64,000 nucleotides of DNA from positions 200,510,001-200,574,000 of the forward strand of contig NC_086097.1 of NCBI RefSeq assembly GCF_963921235.1. The letters run 5' to 3'. Under the pieces are notes generated by a model. That model worked only from the letters and a program-made list of their open reading frames with translations. It was not told the DNA's origin and ran no database searches. Source of the stretch: Mobula hypostoma (lineage: Eukaryota). Position numbers and translations under genes: made by a program. Shown piece after piece: positions 10,363 to 22,451 of the stretch (position 1 is its first letter; every line of letters begins with the position of its first letter).

Positions 10363-12429
10363 GTACCTCTTCCTAGAGACGCTGCCTGGCCTGCTGCGTT
10401 CACCTACAACTTTGATGTGTGTTGCCTGGTTTGAGGATCTTGGGCGGGGGGTAGAAGTGAGCAGTGTGGGGTAAGGGGGCTATGAGTTTAGTAGCAGTGG
10501 ATGGGAGTTTGCCAGAGTGGATGAGGTCACTGATGGTGTCGGAGACAGTTTTCTGACTGTGTGGAGAGGTGTTTCTCCTCGAGGAGTAGGTATAAGGAGG
10601 TAACTGATAGCTGCCACCTGGCCTCAGTAAGGTAGAAGTCAGTGTGCCAGACTACAATTGCAATCCCCTTGTCTGCAGGCTTGATGGTTGGGTTAGCCAC
10701 GGAGAGGGCAGTGTGCTCGGAGAGTGAAAAGTTGAAGAGAAGCGAGGAGTGCTGAAGTGTGTTTTAGATTCTCCAGCAAAAGAAAAAAAAATGTTCTTGA
10801 TATCTACTTTATTTTTAAAGATCTTGTCATGTGTACAGGTATGGCAGAATAGGATATGGATAGTAATAACGTACCTGAAGCTCTTATCAGATTATACCTC
10901 TTGACAGCCCAAAATTTAAATTTTCATGACTTTAAACCAATACCCAATTCTTCTGATCTAGTAATATTTTTTTGAAAAATATCAACAGGATTGGTGGGAA
11001 AAGGCCTTACTTTTAATTAATATCAATACTTATTTGTTATACTGACAAGTTCTTTTGAAATATACTGTATATCTTCTCTAATTTGCCTTTGATTTTCAAT
11101 AAATCCTTCCTGTAATTTTAAGGATGTTTTATACAAGTCCATAGCAGTTTTAGTTGTTTATGTTTCGATAAGATTATCTCTCATTCATCTAACCCATGAG
11201 ATGAGTCAGGGCATTCTTCTACAGACCAAAATGTATCGGAATAACTTCTGTCACCGAGGATGAGTAGACTAACGATTAATGACAATAATTACAAACATAG
11301 GCCTATATATTCATCTGCATCATTTATCTAGCATTAAAATTACATTGGCAATCTTCCTAGAGTTGTTTAAAAAAAAAAGCTTAATAAAGAAATTGTTGAT
11401 AAGACTGGAGTACATGTTACAATCATCGGGATAAGAGCCGGGGGTGGATGCGTGGGAGAATGCCAAATCCCATCAAGGGTAAACAGAACATGGGAGAACC
11501 TGAAAATTAGATATGCTTAGGTGAAAGTTTTCTTGTAGAAGCAGCATTTATAGCTGGAAGGTCTCAAGGAAGCAACTGAAAAGGCATGAGTGCTCTCTAT
11601 GAATGCCTCTACTTTTGGGAGCTTTGCAATGCTGGAAAACACCCTACATTCCTTCCAGATATGAAAACAAAACACAAAATCAAAATTCTCCATGTCTGGA
11701 GAGCTTTTCTTGACTTTTGATAAGCTGTAACAAACAACATTGTATCATGTAAGAGGAGAAACCTACTAGGTTCTTAAGACAAGTTCTGGAGAATGAAGGT
11801 GACTTGAGAAAAGTGCAGGCCACTTGGTCACAAATGAAATTAATGACTACCTTGTAGCAGTATGGTCTGCAAAGATATTGTTGCTTAGGCCATCTCTTTG
11901 TGAGCCTGAATAAAGATAGTGTTTGGTGCTATTTCTTTTGTCAAATGTCTTTCATCTACTTCTTCACTCATGCCTGAAGTGATGAATATGGAACTGCCTC
12001 TCTTTTTGCAGGATTTCATCTTGGATTTCTGGCCATTTAAACTCAAAGAAGAACACGCAAAACTACCTGGAATGAGTGAAGTAGACGAACCTGGGGTATT
12101 GGAGAGAGTTCATTATTTGAATTAGTATAATTAAAGTTTATTTTGGTGAGAGTTGTGCAGCACTATAACTATGACTGCAGGAGAAATGCATCAAACTCTT
12201 CAAGAAACATTTAGTTTGAATCTTCAAAGATTCTTTTCAGTGGCTAAAACAAGGATACTGCTGCTGCAAAGTTTAGGGATCTTGGAATATATTTCTTTTA
12301 TCTACTTCTTCACTCATGCCTGATATTGTCTGTGGGGCATGAGCATGTTCGCCCACATTAGTTTTACTGGGTGTTCTAGTTTCCTCCCTACTCCGGGTTA
12401 ATAGATCATTGCAAACTGCCTCACATGAA

Positions 12430-12920
12430 AACAGATGGCAGGTATTCAAGGTGGTTTGAATGGACAAAAGTATACGGTCATGCACTTTGCTAGAAGGAAG
12501 CACAGACTATTTTCTAAATGGGAAAAAGTTCAGAATTGGAGGTAAAAAGGACTTGAGAGCACTCATGCAGATTCCCTAAAGGTTTACTTGCAGGTTATAG
12601 TAAGGATGGCAAATGCAATGGTAGTATTCATTTCAAGACAGCTACAATATAAAAACAAGGATGTAATGCTGAAGCTTTATAAAGCATTAGTCAGACCATA
12701 TACGAGCCTTGCGAGCAGTTTGGGTGCCATATCTAAGGATGGATGTGCTAATACTGAAGTGAGTTCAGAGGGCATTGATGAGAATGATCTCCGGGATGAA
12801 AGGGTTAAAATATGGGGAGTATTTGATAGCTCTGGGCCTCTACCCACTGGAACTTATAAGGACAAGGGGGATCTTATCGAAATCTACCAAATATTGAAAG
12901 GCTTGGATATGGTGGAGAGA
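12430..12920 (+). mobile_element. CR1 LINE fragment
   Basis: ANAM..FISR..QYK.KDVML.LYKALVRP remnant. Confidence 0.75.
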
Positions 12921-13289
12921 TATGAGAAATTAGATATGAGAAAAAAAATGAACAGTGCCAGTCACTACCAAGACCAATGGAGTAGAAAATCTCATGAGAA
13001 ATTAATTTTGGGCATTATTGACATTATTAGGCTCACAAGATGCTAATGAAATAGTGCAAAGATTTACAAACATTTCCCAACAGAAGTACATACACTACTA
13101 ACAAATGCTGCTAGCGATTCTAGAAATGTCTAACTTTGGCAATGATTTTCACCTGGGTACTGACTGTATAGATTAATTTTTGGGCAACGGTAAATTATAG
13201 TAGTTGGTGGAGGCAAAACAAAAGTGGAATTGTACGTGTGATCAGCACTGTCCTGTGCACCCCACCTCACCTTACTCTGATCATCACTG

Positions 13290-13835
13290 ACCATTCTGAC
13301 AGGCTGCATCACTGTCTGGTGTGGGGGTGGGGGGTGGGAGTCTACTACACAGGACTGAAAGAAGCTGCAGAGGGTTGTAAATTTAGTCCGCTCCATCTTG
13401 GGTATTAGCCTACAAAGTACCCAGGACACCTTCAAGGAACGGTGTCTCATAAAGGCAGTGTCCATTATTAAAGACCTCCAGCGCCCAGGGCATGCCCTTT
13501 TCTCACTGTTATAATCAAGTGAGAGGTACAGAAGCCTGAAGGCACACACTCAGCAATTCAGGAACAGCTTCTTCCCCTCTGCCATCTGATTCCTAAATAG
13601 ACATTGAACCCTTGGACACTACCTCACTTTTTTTTAAATATACCTGTATATCATTTCTGTTTTTTCCATGATTTTTAATCTATTCAATATATGTATACTG
13701 TAATTGATTCACTTATTATTATTTTATCCTATTTTTCCTCTTCTTCTACATTCTGCTGCTGTACATTGAACTGCTGCCGCTAAATTAACAAATTTCATGA
13801 CACATGCTGGTGATAAGAAACTTGATTCTGATCTG
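13290..13835 (+). mobile_element. Rex1/Babar LINE 3' fragment
   Basis: ILTGCITVW-type remnant, FRNSFFPSA motif and GATTCT-like tail. Confidence 0.7.
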
Positions 13836-13912
13836 ATGCAAAGCACAACATCAATGCAAGAAACTGTATTGACACATAGGGAATATTTAGTTTGCTATTA
13901 CATAATAATTAC

Positions 13913-13998
13913 CTTGAAACATCTGGGTCTGGATTGGTGCTGTTTAAAGGTCTAGCTGTAGTTTTACTCTTTGGCTTTGGCCTAATAACTTCATGCAC
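13913..13998 (-). CDS. LRRC6: LRRC6 exon 11 (VHEVIRPKPKSKTTARPLNSTNPDPDVSR)
   Basis: tttcag| and |gtaatt, 86 nt, phase 0 to phase 2, exactly bridging exons 10 and 12. Sequence is poorly conserved apart from V.EVI. Confidence 0.85.
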
Positions 13999-14699
13999 CT
14001 GAAAGAACTATCTCAGATTAGAGATCCAGATTAAATATATTTATTATTCATAGAGAAAAAAAATGATATGCAACCAAAAGCAACCTACCAATTAATATTA
14101 TGAAAAGGAAATTAAGATAATGTTTGGAATATAAGTTTATGAATCTACTACTTCAGGAAGTAAGTTTCATAGGGGGCAAGTTTGTACATTGGGTGATCAC
14201 ATAACAGATAGGTACTGCATCAGTCAACACTAAAATACAATAATTAAAGTACAATACATTGGCAGCATGCACTATTGGCTTGACTCAGGCCACAATTCCT
14301 AGAATGAGTATGCTGGTGCAATCAGTGTGACAAGTGGCAATATAGCATGTTTTACTGACAACACATGTCAGGAATCTCTCCCTGATGCTGTGTGCTGCTA
14401 TGACCTGGTCAAAGCTCAACACAGTGCTTTTCTGGGAATCAGGTAAGAATCCAGCAATGAACCACCCATAAATCTGTGTGGATGGGAAGTGGTTGCATAT
14501 GCTGGGACCAGTTGTATGTCCATTCATTGTTGATAGGACTCAGGGATGCCGGCATAATAAGTATAGTTTATTGCAGGAGACTGGGAGCATCTGCTCTGCA
14601 TGTTGACAGATGCCTGGATCCTATGCTCTCCCACATCACCATCTGCTTGGTGTAATGGAAGCTAACGTCTCATCCCTCTATTTGGCTTCATAGCTCTCC

Positions 14700-15799
14700 T
14701 TACAGATAGAGGAATGGCTGACAACCAGGAGGCAACAAGTAGGAATAAAGGGGGCCTTTTCTGGTTAGCTGCCAGTGACTAGTGGTGTTCCTCAGGGGAG
14801 AGTATTGGGATCACTGCTTTTTACTATGTTTGTCAATGATTTGGATAATGGAATTGATGGCTTTGTGCCAAAGTTTGCAGATGATATGAAGATAGGTGGA
14901 AGGATAGGTAGTGCTGATGAAGCAATGTGATTGCAGAACTTGGACAAATTGGAAGAATGGGCAAAAAAGTTGCAGCTGGAATACAGAGTTGGGAAATGTA
15001 CGAAAATGCATTTGGGTAAAAGGAACAATAGTGTGGCCTGTTATCTAAATGGGGAGAAGGTTCAAACATCAGAGATGCAGAGGGATTTAGGAGAGCGCAT
15101 GCAAGACTCCCAGAAGATTTATTTACAGGTTGAGTCTGTAGTAATGAAGGCAAATGCAATGCTGGCATTTATTTCAAGGGGAATAGAATATAAAAGTAAA
15201 GAGACAATGCTGAGGCTTTCTAAGACGTTAGTCAGGCCGCACTTGGGAGTATCGTTAACTGTTTTGTGCCCCATATCTTAGAAAGGATGTGTTGTCATTG
15301 GAGTCAGTCAAGAGGAGGTTCATGAGGATGATTCCGGGATTGAAGGGAGTAACATATGAGAAGTATTTGGCAGCTTTGGGCCTGTACTCACTGGAATTTA
15401 GAAGAATGCGGGGGGATCTCATTGAAATCTGCCGAATGTTGAAAGGACCAGATAAGGTGGATGTGGAGAGGATGTTTACAATGGTGGGGGTATCCAGACG
15501 TAGAGGGCACAGCCTCAAAACTGACGGGTGACCTTTTAGAACAGAGCTAAGGAGGAATTTTTTTAGCCAGAAAGTAGTGAATCTATGGAATGCTCTGCCA
15601 CAGACTGCAGTGGAGGCTGAGCCCGTGGGTATATTGAAAGCAGAAGTTAACAGTTTCCTGATTGGTCAGGGCATCAAAGGATATGGTGAGAAAGTATGGG
15701 GTTGAGTGGCACCTGTGATCAGCCATGATAGAATGGTGGAGCAGAATTAGGCTGAATGGTCTAATTCTGCTCGCACGTTTTATGATCGTATGGTCTTAT
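14700..15799 (+). mobile_element. CR1 LINE 3' portion
   Basis: VPQG.VLG, KFADD.K and LYSLEFRRMRGDLIE remnants with stops; CR1-type 3' tail. Confidence 0.88.
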
Positions 15800-16359
15800 C
15801 CCTGTGCCAGGAACTTATTGCAAACCCTTGGTCTCATCGCTCAGTGTGAAGCTGATGTGAACTCCTAGTCATCCCACTGCTATGCTAATGGCCCAAGTGC
15901 TAGGATTCTGCTATGAATCCTGACTACTGTAGGCACTAGCATGGTAATGTAACATCTAGACTTTAAGTGGGAAAACTGCCTTGAAGACTGGCAGGAAGGA
16001 TCATGTAGTGATAATTTCTTTTTCAGCTGCATGGCCTTTCTGTTGCTTTCTGACCATCTCTTGTATTCCATGTATGTCAGTCTATTTACTCATGGCTTGT
16101 TCACTACTGTCTTCTCAAAGGTATACTCCGAAGGGCTAGCATTGGTGTTAAACCCTATCGCACATCCTTGTTACACTTATTGTTGATCCTAAGCTGGTCA
16201 AACTGTTGCTAGAGGAATAAGCTTCTATAGTTCTTTCTTAGTGCTTTACATAGCAGATTAAAGGAGAATTTTCCAAGTTGTTGTAGCAAAAAAATGAGCT
16301 CATTTTCACTCTGTATTTTAGGAAGAATAGAATATGATTATTCTACTAGAATTACTAGA

Positions 16360-16822
16360 ATGTTACCTGGGTTTCATCATCTAAGTTACAGAGAAAGGTT
16401 GAACAAGTTGGGTCTTTATTCTTTGGAATGTAGAAGGTTGAGGGGGGACGATAGAGGTATTTAAAATTATGAGGGGGATAGATAGAGTTGACATGGATAG
16501 GTTTTTTCCACTGAGTGTGGGGGAGATTCAAACAAGAGGACATGAGTTGAGAGTTAAAAGGCAAAAGTTTAGGGGTAACATGAGGGGGAACTTCTTTACT
16601 CAGAGAGTGGTAACTGGGTGGAATGAGCTTCCAGCAGAACTGGTTGAGGCAGGTTCGATGTTGTTGTTTAAAGTTAAATTGGACAGCTAATGGACAGGAA
16701 AGGAATGGAGGGTTATGGGCTGAGTGCAGGTCGATGGGACTTGGTGAGAGTAAGAGTTTGGCACGGACTAGAAGGGCCGAGATGGCCTGATTCCATGCTG
16801 TAATTGTTATATGGTTATATAT
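16360..16822 (+). mobile_element. CR1 LINE 3' fragment
   Basis: MRGIDRVD..RFFP...TRGH...RGNFFTQRVV..WN.LP motif and 3' tail. Confidence 0.85.
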
Positions 16823-18006
16823 GTCATATGCCGCAAAACTTGTGCTACCGGGCCGCAAGAAAACGATGATTTGGCGATATGAGTCAGCTGCACCTTTCCT
16901 CATTCCCTGTCACGCCCATTGTTGAGCTTGAACGCACACAAGGTCATTACCCGCGCGTCATCCATGTCAGCGTGGGATGGAGATCAACTCCTCGAGCTTG
17001 CAAATGATGGCGGGCTCAAAAGTATGTTTGACATAACATCTCTGCCGGCATTCTGGATCAAAGTCAAGGCTACATATCCTGAGATAGCCACGAAAGCACT
17101 TAAAACATTGCTTCCATTTCCAACATATCTCTGCAATGAAAGCAACGAAAACTAAATTGCGGAATAGACTGGACATAAGGAACCCCCTTCGAGTATCGCT
17201 GTCTCCCATCACCCCTCGATAGGACCATGTTGTTGCAGGAAAACAAGCCTAGGGCTCCCACTGATTCAGCGATATTGGTGTGTTGCAATGATTTTATATG
17301 TTCATATGGGGAAAATATATGCTGTGTGTTTAATACCCAAACGTTACTTAAAATGTGATGATGCTATTGACTTATAAGTGACTTATATAACCATATAACA
17401 ATTACAGCACGGAAACAGGCCATCTCTGCCCTTCTAGTCCGTGCTGAATGTTACTCTCACCAAGTCCCACCGACCTGCACTCAGCCCATAACACTCCATT
17501 CCTTTCCTGTCCATATACCTATCCAATTTTTCTTTAAATGATAATATCGAACCTGCCTCTAACACTTCTACTGCAAGTTCATTCGACACTTACTTCAAGC
17601 TCTCCTGTCCTCCCCTGATAATTGACTTATCACTATATTCATGTGAGGAAAATATGCGCTGTGTGTTTAATATTAAATTCATTAGATAAACCCTTTTAGA
17701 AATGAAATTGAGTGTATTAGCCACTTATCACCTATATTCCAGTCATCATTAACACCCTCCCAAACAGAATTGCCAAAAATGATTTGTAGAAAGAAAGTCG
17801 GCACATACACACATGCGCACTGGTGCCCGCGCAAGGCTTCATGGTCATTGTAGTCTTTCTCAGGGTAAACACAACATATTTGACGGCTACTCTTGTCCGT
17901 TGGCAACCCTACACCGCGCCCCCCCCCCACCAACTGGTTGGCCAGTCCGCAAGAATATTGTCAATAATAAACCGGTCCCCATTGCAAAAAAGGTTGAGGA
18001 CCCCTG
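16823..18006 (+). mobile_element. hAT (Charlie-like) non-autonomous transposon with transposase C-terminal remnant; left TIR missing; contains an inverted CR1 tail (about 17385-17590)
   Basis: FWIKVK..YPEIA.KALK.LLPFPTYLC and K.RNRLD motifs of the hAT dimerisation domain. Right end GGTTGAGGACCCCTG. Confidence 0.8.
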
Positions 18007-18236
18007 ATATATGATATTAATATAATCTTTGCCATGTTTGTACATTAGAAAAAGATGTTGCCTCCAATCAAATCAACATAAATAAAGTGTTCTTTACTAA
18101 TCTGGAATAGCTGTAAACAGGTTCTTGTCATTCACCAGACTAAATTACCAACTCAACACAACTGAGACACTTCAGCTGAACTACAAAGATGGTAAGGCAA
18201 CTAGTAAAAAGAACTGAATTTTCAGTGAATCTATAC

Positions 18237-18332
18237 CTTTGGCATTGTAATAAGCAAATGTCCAGTCGTCTGGGACCTTTTGGCAGAACTACTATCAGGT
18301 TTTACTTCTTCTTGAAGTACTAGCTGAAATAC
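18237..18332 (-). CDS. LRRC6: LRRC6 exon 10 ([32 protein letters not shown])
   Basis: ttttag| and |gtatag, 96 nt, [18 protein letters not shown] motif. Confidence 0.97.
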
Positions 18333-18609
18333 CTAAAAATACAGCAAAATAGCAAAAATAAAATTTATTGATAAATAAAAGTAGCATACAACTTACAAAC
18401 TTACTATTTGCTGCTAATTTTATACATTTAAACTATAAAATAAGTTGCTTCATTTGATTTAGTATTTAGATGATCTTTGCACGGCTCCTCTATATTCGAA
18501 AGTCTATCCACAAAACCCTGCAGTGGAGCCATTCTGTTGGGTGGCATTCAACTTCAATTCCTCTGCCTAGGACATCCTGATGATCAACTAGCTGGTCATT
18601 TATCAATAT

Positions 18610-18894
18610 ACCAAGGACACGGCCTAGAAGACTAGCACGCCTTCAGGGTGTCGGATTTTCGTGGCTCTGGAGGTGGGCAGATTCAAGGTTAGTGCCACTG
18701 CAGAAAACTGGTGTGTCATGGGAAGATCAAAAGCAGTGAGCTGGCTGCAGGCTGTGTGCCCAGAGACCTAAGATCTTTGGACACAGAGTTCAGAAAAAGC
18801 GACGCAACAGACTTTTAATACCATAACTCGGCAAGTTGTTTTGTTATGTCTCCCCTCTCACTGTGAAATGGGGACATCTCTTTTTCTCTTATTA

Positions 18895-18927
<33 letters not shown>

Positions 18928-19255
18928 CCAGCCTGTGGTATACTGAATACAAGGTGGACGAGTAGTCTTTGGGGTACTGCAAGTCTGTGTGTTTATTGAT
19001 GCTTTGCTGCACTTGAGTGCTCGTTCGGGGGTGCCAATGCGTTTTTGCTGGTGGGGGGGGGGAATCATCACTTTGCTGCAGCTTATGCATGGGAGGGGGG
19101 AGCTGGGGGTGACTTCAGGGTTCTAACATTTAACCGTCATTCATTCTTTGGGGCACGCCTCTGTCTTCGTGGATGTTTGCGAAGAAAAAGAATTTCAGGA
19201 AGTATATTGTATATTGAATACATTTCTCTGACATTAAATTGAACTTATTGATTCA
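18610..19255 (+). mobile_element. Unclassified non-autonomous retroposon-like repeat with an internal (GA)n tract
   Basis: GC-richer block ending in ATTAAA plus a TGAACT/ATTGA-like tail. No coding remnant recognised. Confidence 0.4.
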
Positions 19256-20324
19256 ATAATCCAGAGTCACAATAGCTGGGGTATGGCCAAACATAAATTA
19301 CCTAATAATGATACATAATTACCAAAATGGCTGGAATGAAATTTTTTATACAACTCTCCTGCAGGTAAATAACCTTGTGTTCAATCGGCATTGCTGGTCC
19401 TCTGGCTGATCAAATTGATCAGCACAGAAAAAACATTCTCATGTCAGTAGTTCTATGACTGATTGGGCATGTTAGGTCTTAGGGGAAAAACTGCCAAGTA
19501 AGGTTTGTCACAAATGATGAAAGAGTCAATGAAGAGGGAAGAGAAAGCACAATTGATGTAGTCCTTATCAATCTACATATATCCATTTATAGTATGTCAG
19601 GAATGACCTCCATAAGTACTTCTTAAGATCTGATTTCACATTCAGACCAGAGATAAACACCATTGTGTGTCACCGGCAATTTACTGATGGAATTGATTCT
19701 TAACAGATGAAATAGTGCATAACTGAGCATCGAACTTCTGACTTACCAATGTCTCAGAAATAATTACTTCAACTATGTCAAGGACTATCACATTTAAAGG
19801 AGGTGATGCACTCAAATCTAAAAATGCATTTACTAACCCATTTTATTAACATGAGGCTATGATATTGTGGTTCTAGATCCACTTCCTCAAACCTGACATT
19901 TGCTATTAACAGCCAAAGCTACCTCATTCCACTGCTGTCTTTGTCTGGAGCATTTTCAGTCCGCTACAAATAGATCACTTTTCCCTGACTTAGGCCTCCT
20001 GTGTACATCCAAAAACAATAGAACCCACTCTCTTCAGTGATATATTGTTAGACTTCATTTTCCACAAGATTAAGTACTATAGTCTCATTCTCCATCCACT
20101 GCAACCATAATACATCTTCCTCTAATTCCAAAACAAAACAGAAAAAAGCTCAGGTAGCATTTGTGGAAGTATATTTCAGGTCAGAGAAAAGACTGTTCTC
20201 TTTCCACAGATGCAGCCAATGAGTTCTCCCCATTTTGCGTGATGTTTTCTTATGTTCAGGTATGCAAGAATCAGAATCAAAATCAGATTCAATATCAGTG
20301 GCACATGTCATGAAATCAGTTGTT

Positions 20325-20810
20325 TTGCGCTTGCAGTACATTGCAACACATAATAAAAAACTAAGTATATATACTGTATAAGAAAAAAACTAAAATACAT
20401 AAGTAGTGGAAAAAAAGGAGGGGGGAAATTGAGGTAGTGTTTATAGTTTCAGCGTCCATTCAGAAATCTGATGGTGGAGGAGAAGAAGCTGTTCCTGAAA
20501 CATTGAGTATGTGTCTTCAGGCACCTGCACCCCCTTCCTGCATGCTAGCAATCAGAAGAAGGCATGTCTTGGATGATAGGGGCTCCTTAATGTTGGATGC
20601 TGACTTTTTGAGGCATCACATTTCGAAGGTGTCTTGATGCTGGGGAGGCTACTGCCCATGATGTGCTGGCTGAGTTTTACAACTTTCTGAGCTATTTCCG
20701 ATCCTGTGGAGTGACCCCTCCATACCAGTAATGTAACTAGCATGCACTCTGCACGGTACAGCTGTAGAGATTTGTGAGTGTCACTGGTGATATACCAAGT
20801 CTCATCGAGA
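20325..20810 (-). mobile_element. Rex1/Babar LINE 3' fragment
   Basis: (AGAATC)n tail at about 20266-20290 and the reverse complement of the RNSFF region. Confidence 0.65.
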
Positions 20811-21157
20811 ATACATGTAACATTTAAGCACTATTACATCTGCCCCTGTAGCACATGGCAGTATGTGTTAATAATTAAGGCGGCTAGAGGAGTGTGCAGC
20901 ATTTCAGTTTTTGAAGCCATGTTGTACAAGCAATGTTATTACTGTTTTCAGTTTAAATCTACTGACATCTAATCCATGTAAATTTATGACAAAATTGGAT
21001 ATATAGGTTGAAGAGAAATGCAGCACAAGGTAAAATGATTGGAAAAGAGGAAGGTGATCTCTTTGAATCAACAGGCAGGTTTTACTTTTTTCAGTTTCAA
21101 ATAGTTTTGATGGCGTAAGTAGGTGTAACATTAATTTTACGTTCATCAGTTACTGAC

Positions 21158-21227
21158 CTTTCCTTTAACCTTCACACAAACATGTGTTGGTTGAACATCA
21201 ATGTCAAGTAGAGATGTATCCAGATAC
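21158..21227 (-). CDS. LRRC6: LRRC6 exon 9 (YLDTSLLDIDVQPTHVCVKVKGK)
   Basis: ccacag| and |gtcagt, 70 nt, DTSL.D.DVQPT motif. Confidence 0.96.
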
Positions 21228-22224
21228 CTGTGGAATTAATTTTAAGAAGGTTAGAATTTGTGCTGAATTATTCAAACTCAGATTTCACTAATTCATAGAA
21301 ATTTATTGTACAGAAGTACGGCATTTTTACCTCTGTATTTACATCACCTAAAAAAGAGCTGTCTAATTCTCAGTGTGCAGCTTTGCAGATTATGGCCATC
21401 AATCACTAATCAGGGTATATTTTAAAATACGATGAAGGTCTTGCCACAGTTACCCTTTCAGGCAGTGGATTCCAAACCATCACAACTCTGGCTGTTTTTC
21501 TCTTGGATTGCCTTTAATCTTTGATCTCAGGGTACTCATATCAAAGACAGCAGGTCCTTCCTATTCCCTCCTCAAGACCTCTCAATTATTAACATCTCAC
21601 TTAATTCACCCATCAGCTTTTATTGTTAAAGAAAAAACAACACCCAGGCTAACCAATCTTCCCTCATCATTAAATATCTATAACTGGACATTCTGCATCC
21701 ACTTCAGTGTAATATCTTTGATGTAATATGGTATGCAGAAATTTATACAGTAGAAATCAGTGACCTAATTAATGTTTTGGACATGAGCACCATGATTGCC
21801 CTACTCATCTGTTTTATGCCTTGACTAATAAAGGGTAGTTTCCAATTTACATATAATCGCCTGGAAAATTCCCTTACCCTGACTGAGGGTTTGACTATGT
21901 TGTGTTTCAGTGCAACACGGTGGAGAGGTCAGCACATGAGCTTGTGTTATTATTTCTACTGCACAGATCCTAAAATCATTCAGATAGTTCTCTAAACCAC
22001 CCAAAAAGAGCTCTTATATGGAATAGGTGCACGCCCAAAACTAATGGAACCCTACCCTACCACAATGGAACCCAGTACTGCACAACTAATATCAGAAACT
22101 CAGTTAGTCTCAAAAGTATACAACAGTTATTAAAATACCCTAAAAATAATAAATTTTATCTACAGATGGTTAAACTTTGATAGGCATTGGGCAGTTAATT
22201 ATTAAATTACTAAGCAAAGCCAAC

Positions 22225-22290
22225 CTGTAAACAGCAAGATCTAATAGTAATTGATTATTTTCCTCATCATCGGTCAATGAGAAATCAATC
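22225..22290 (-). CDS. LRRC6: LRRC6 exon 8 (IDFSLTDDEENNQLLLDLAVYR)
   Basis: ccatag| and |gttggc, 66 nt, IDFSL...LDLAVYR motif at the start of the CS/p23-like domain. Confidence 0.95.
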
Positions 22291-22451
22291 CTATGGAGAA
22301 CAATAAAAGATAAATTAATCTCTAATCATACTCCATTTAAAAAATGTTATACCACAAGACTTTAGTAAATGACACTGAATGATTTACTCATGTTATGATG
22401 TGACTGATGCAAAGGGCTGGATTTTGGTGAAAATCACAGCAATGCTGCTAA

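Larger units (their letters stand above)
10013..10425. mobile_element. Young PLE-terminal inverted-repeat insertion nested in the older PLE
   Basis: Arms of about 124 bp (10050-10173 and 10302-10425) are near-perfect reverse complements. 13-bp TSD CTGGTTTGAGGAT (10000-10012, 10426-10438). Confidence 0.9.
8465..10757 (-). mobile_element. Decayed Penelope-like retroelement (RT + GIY-YIG endonuclease)
   Basis: Minus-strand remnants IKPADKG (about 10670), MDVQSL (about 9830), MGPSYACLF (about 9630), and GIY-YIG-like VIYCVRCSQCGL..GET...EH...GTLQ.DGMNI (ORF 8815..9192). 12-bp TSD TGTGTTTTAGAT (8453-8464, 10758-10769). Confidence 0.85.

Noticed and set aside
9978..10434. Two opposite-strand ORFs with nearly identical peptides
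   Set aside because: They are a by-product of the inverted repeat, not genes.
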